Assembly (NCBI RefSeq): GCF_009914755.1
Contig: NC_060931.1
DNA from: the human T2T-CHM13v2.0 reference genome, Homo sapiens
Reading direction: 5' to 3' (one strand)
Length of the DNA stretch: 64,000 bases
A program made the translations under genes and the position numbers. Shown piece by piece: positions 63,691 to 64,000 of the stretch. Below the pieces are notes generated by a model. The model did not search any database. It was not told where the DNA came from and saw only the letters and a program-made list of their open reading frames with translations. Each line of letters starts with the position of its first letter. Position 1 is the stretch's first letter.

Positions 63691-64000
63691 ACAACTGAGA
63701 AATAGAAAGGATGAAAGGAGGACTATTCTTGATTATATTACTTCATCTCCTCACTTAAGTTTTCTATAAGCACTTGTTAGGATGTGATTGATTATATCTC
63801 ACTGACTGCAGTTTATCTGTGTAGAAACAGATGATCACCAACAGAAATTGGTGTAGAAATTGATCTGTGTAGAAATCAGTGTAGAAATTGATCACCAACA
63901 GATGATCAATTTAGGGAAGTGGTTGAATTCACTCATTTTACAATATTTGGAGTTCATATCATATAATTCTGCTTGGGAAGTGTCTTCATTATTTAGGTAT

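Overview
This is AT-rich, repeat-dense hominoid genomic DNA, most likely human, from inside the BBS9 (PTHB1, BBSome core subunit) gene on the + strand. About 58 kb is one long intron. Two canonical coding exons follow, at 58354-58535 (182 nt) and 62810-62886 (77 nt). They splice in frame to DLKGVIVTLSDDGHLQCSYLGTDPSLFQAPNVQSRELNYDELDVEMKELQKIIKDVNKSQGVWPMTEREDDLNVSVVVSPNFDSVS. The intron holds about 17 Alus, several L1s (mostly antisense), a sense-oriented SVA nested in an L1, a MER61-type solo LTR, MaLR/ERVL LTRs, DNA transposon relics, L2/MIR pieces and local tandem duplications. Nearly all ORFs in the supplied track are repeat-derived or spurious. The most notable signals are: (1) a complete alternative terminal exon at 36172-~36490 that would truncate BBS9; (2) a cluster of p53-consensus sites in the solo LTR; (3) the sense SVA; (4) several L1 integration or rearrangement scars. 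I found no evidence of a prokaryote-style novel system. Repeat subfamily names come from my recollection of consensus sequences, not from a database run.
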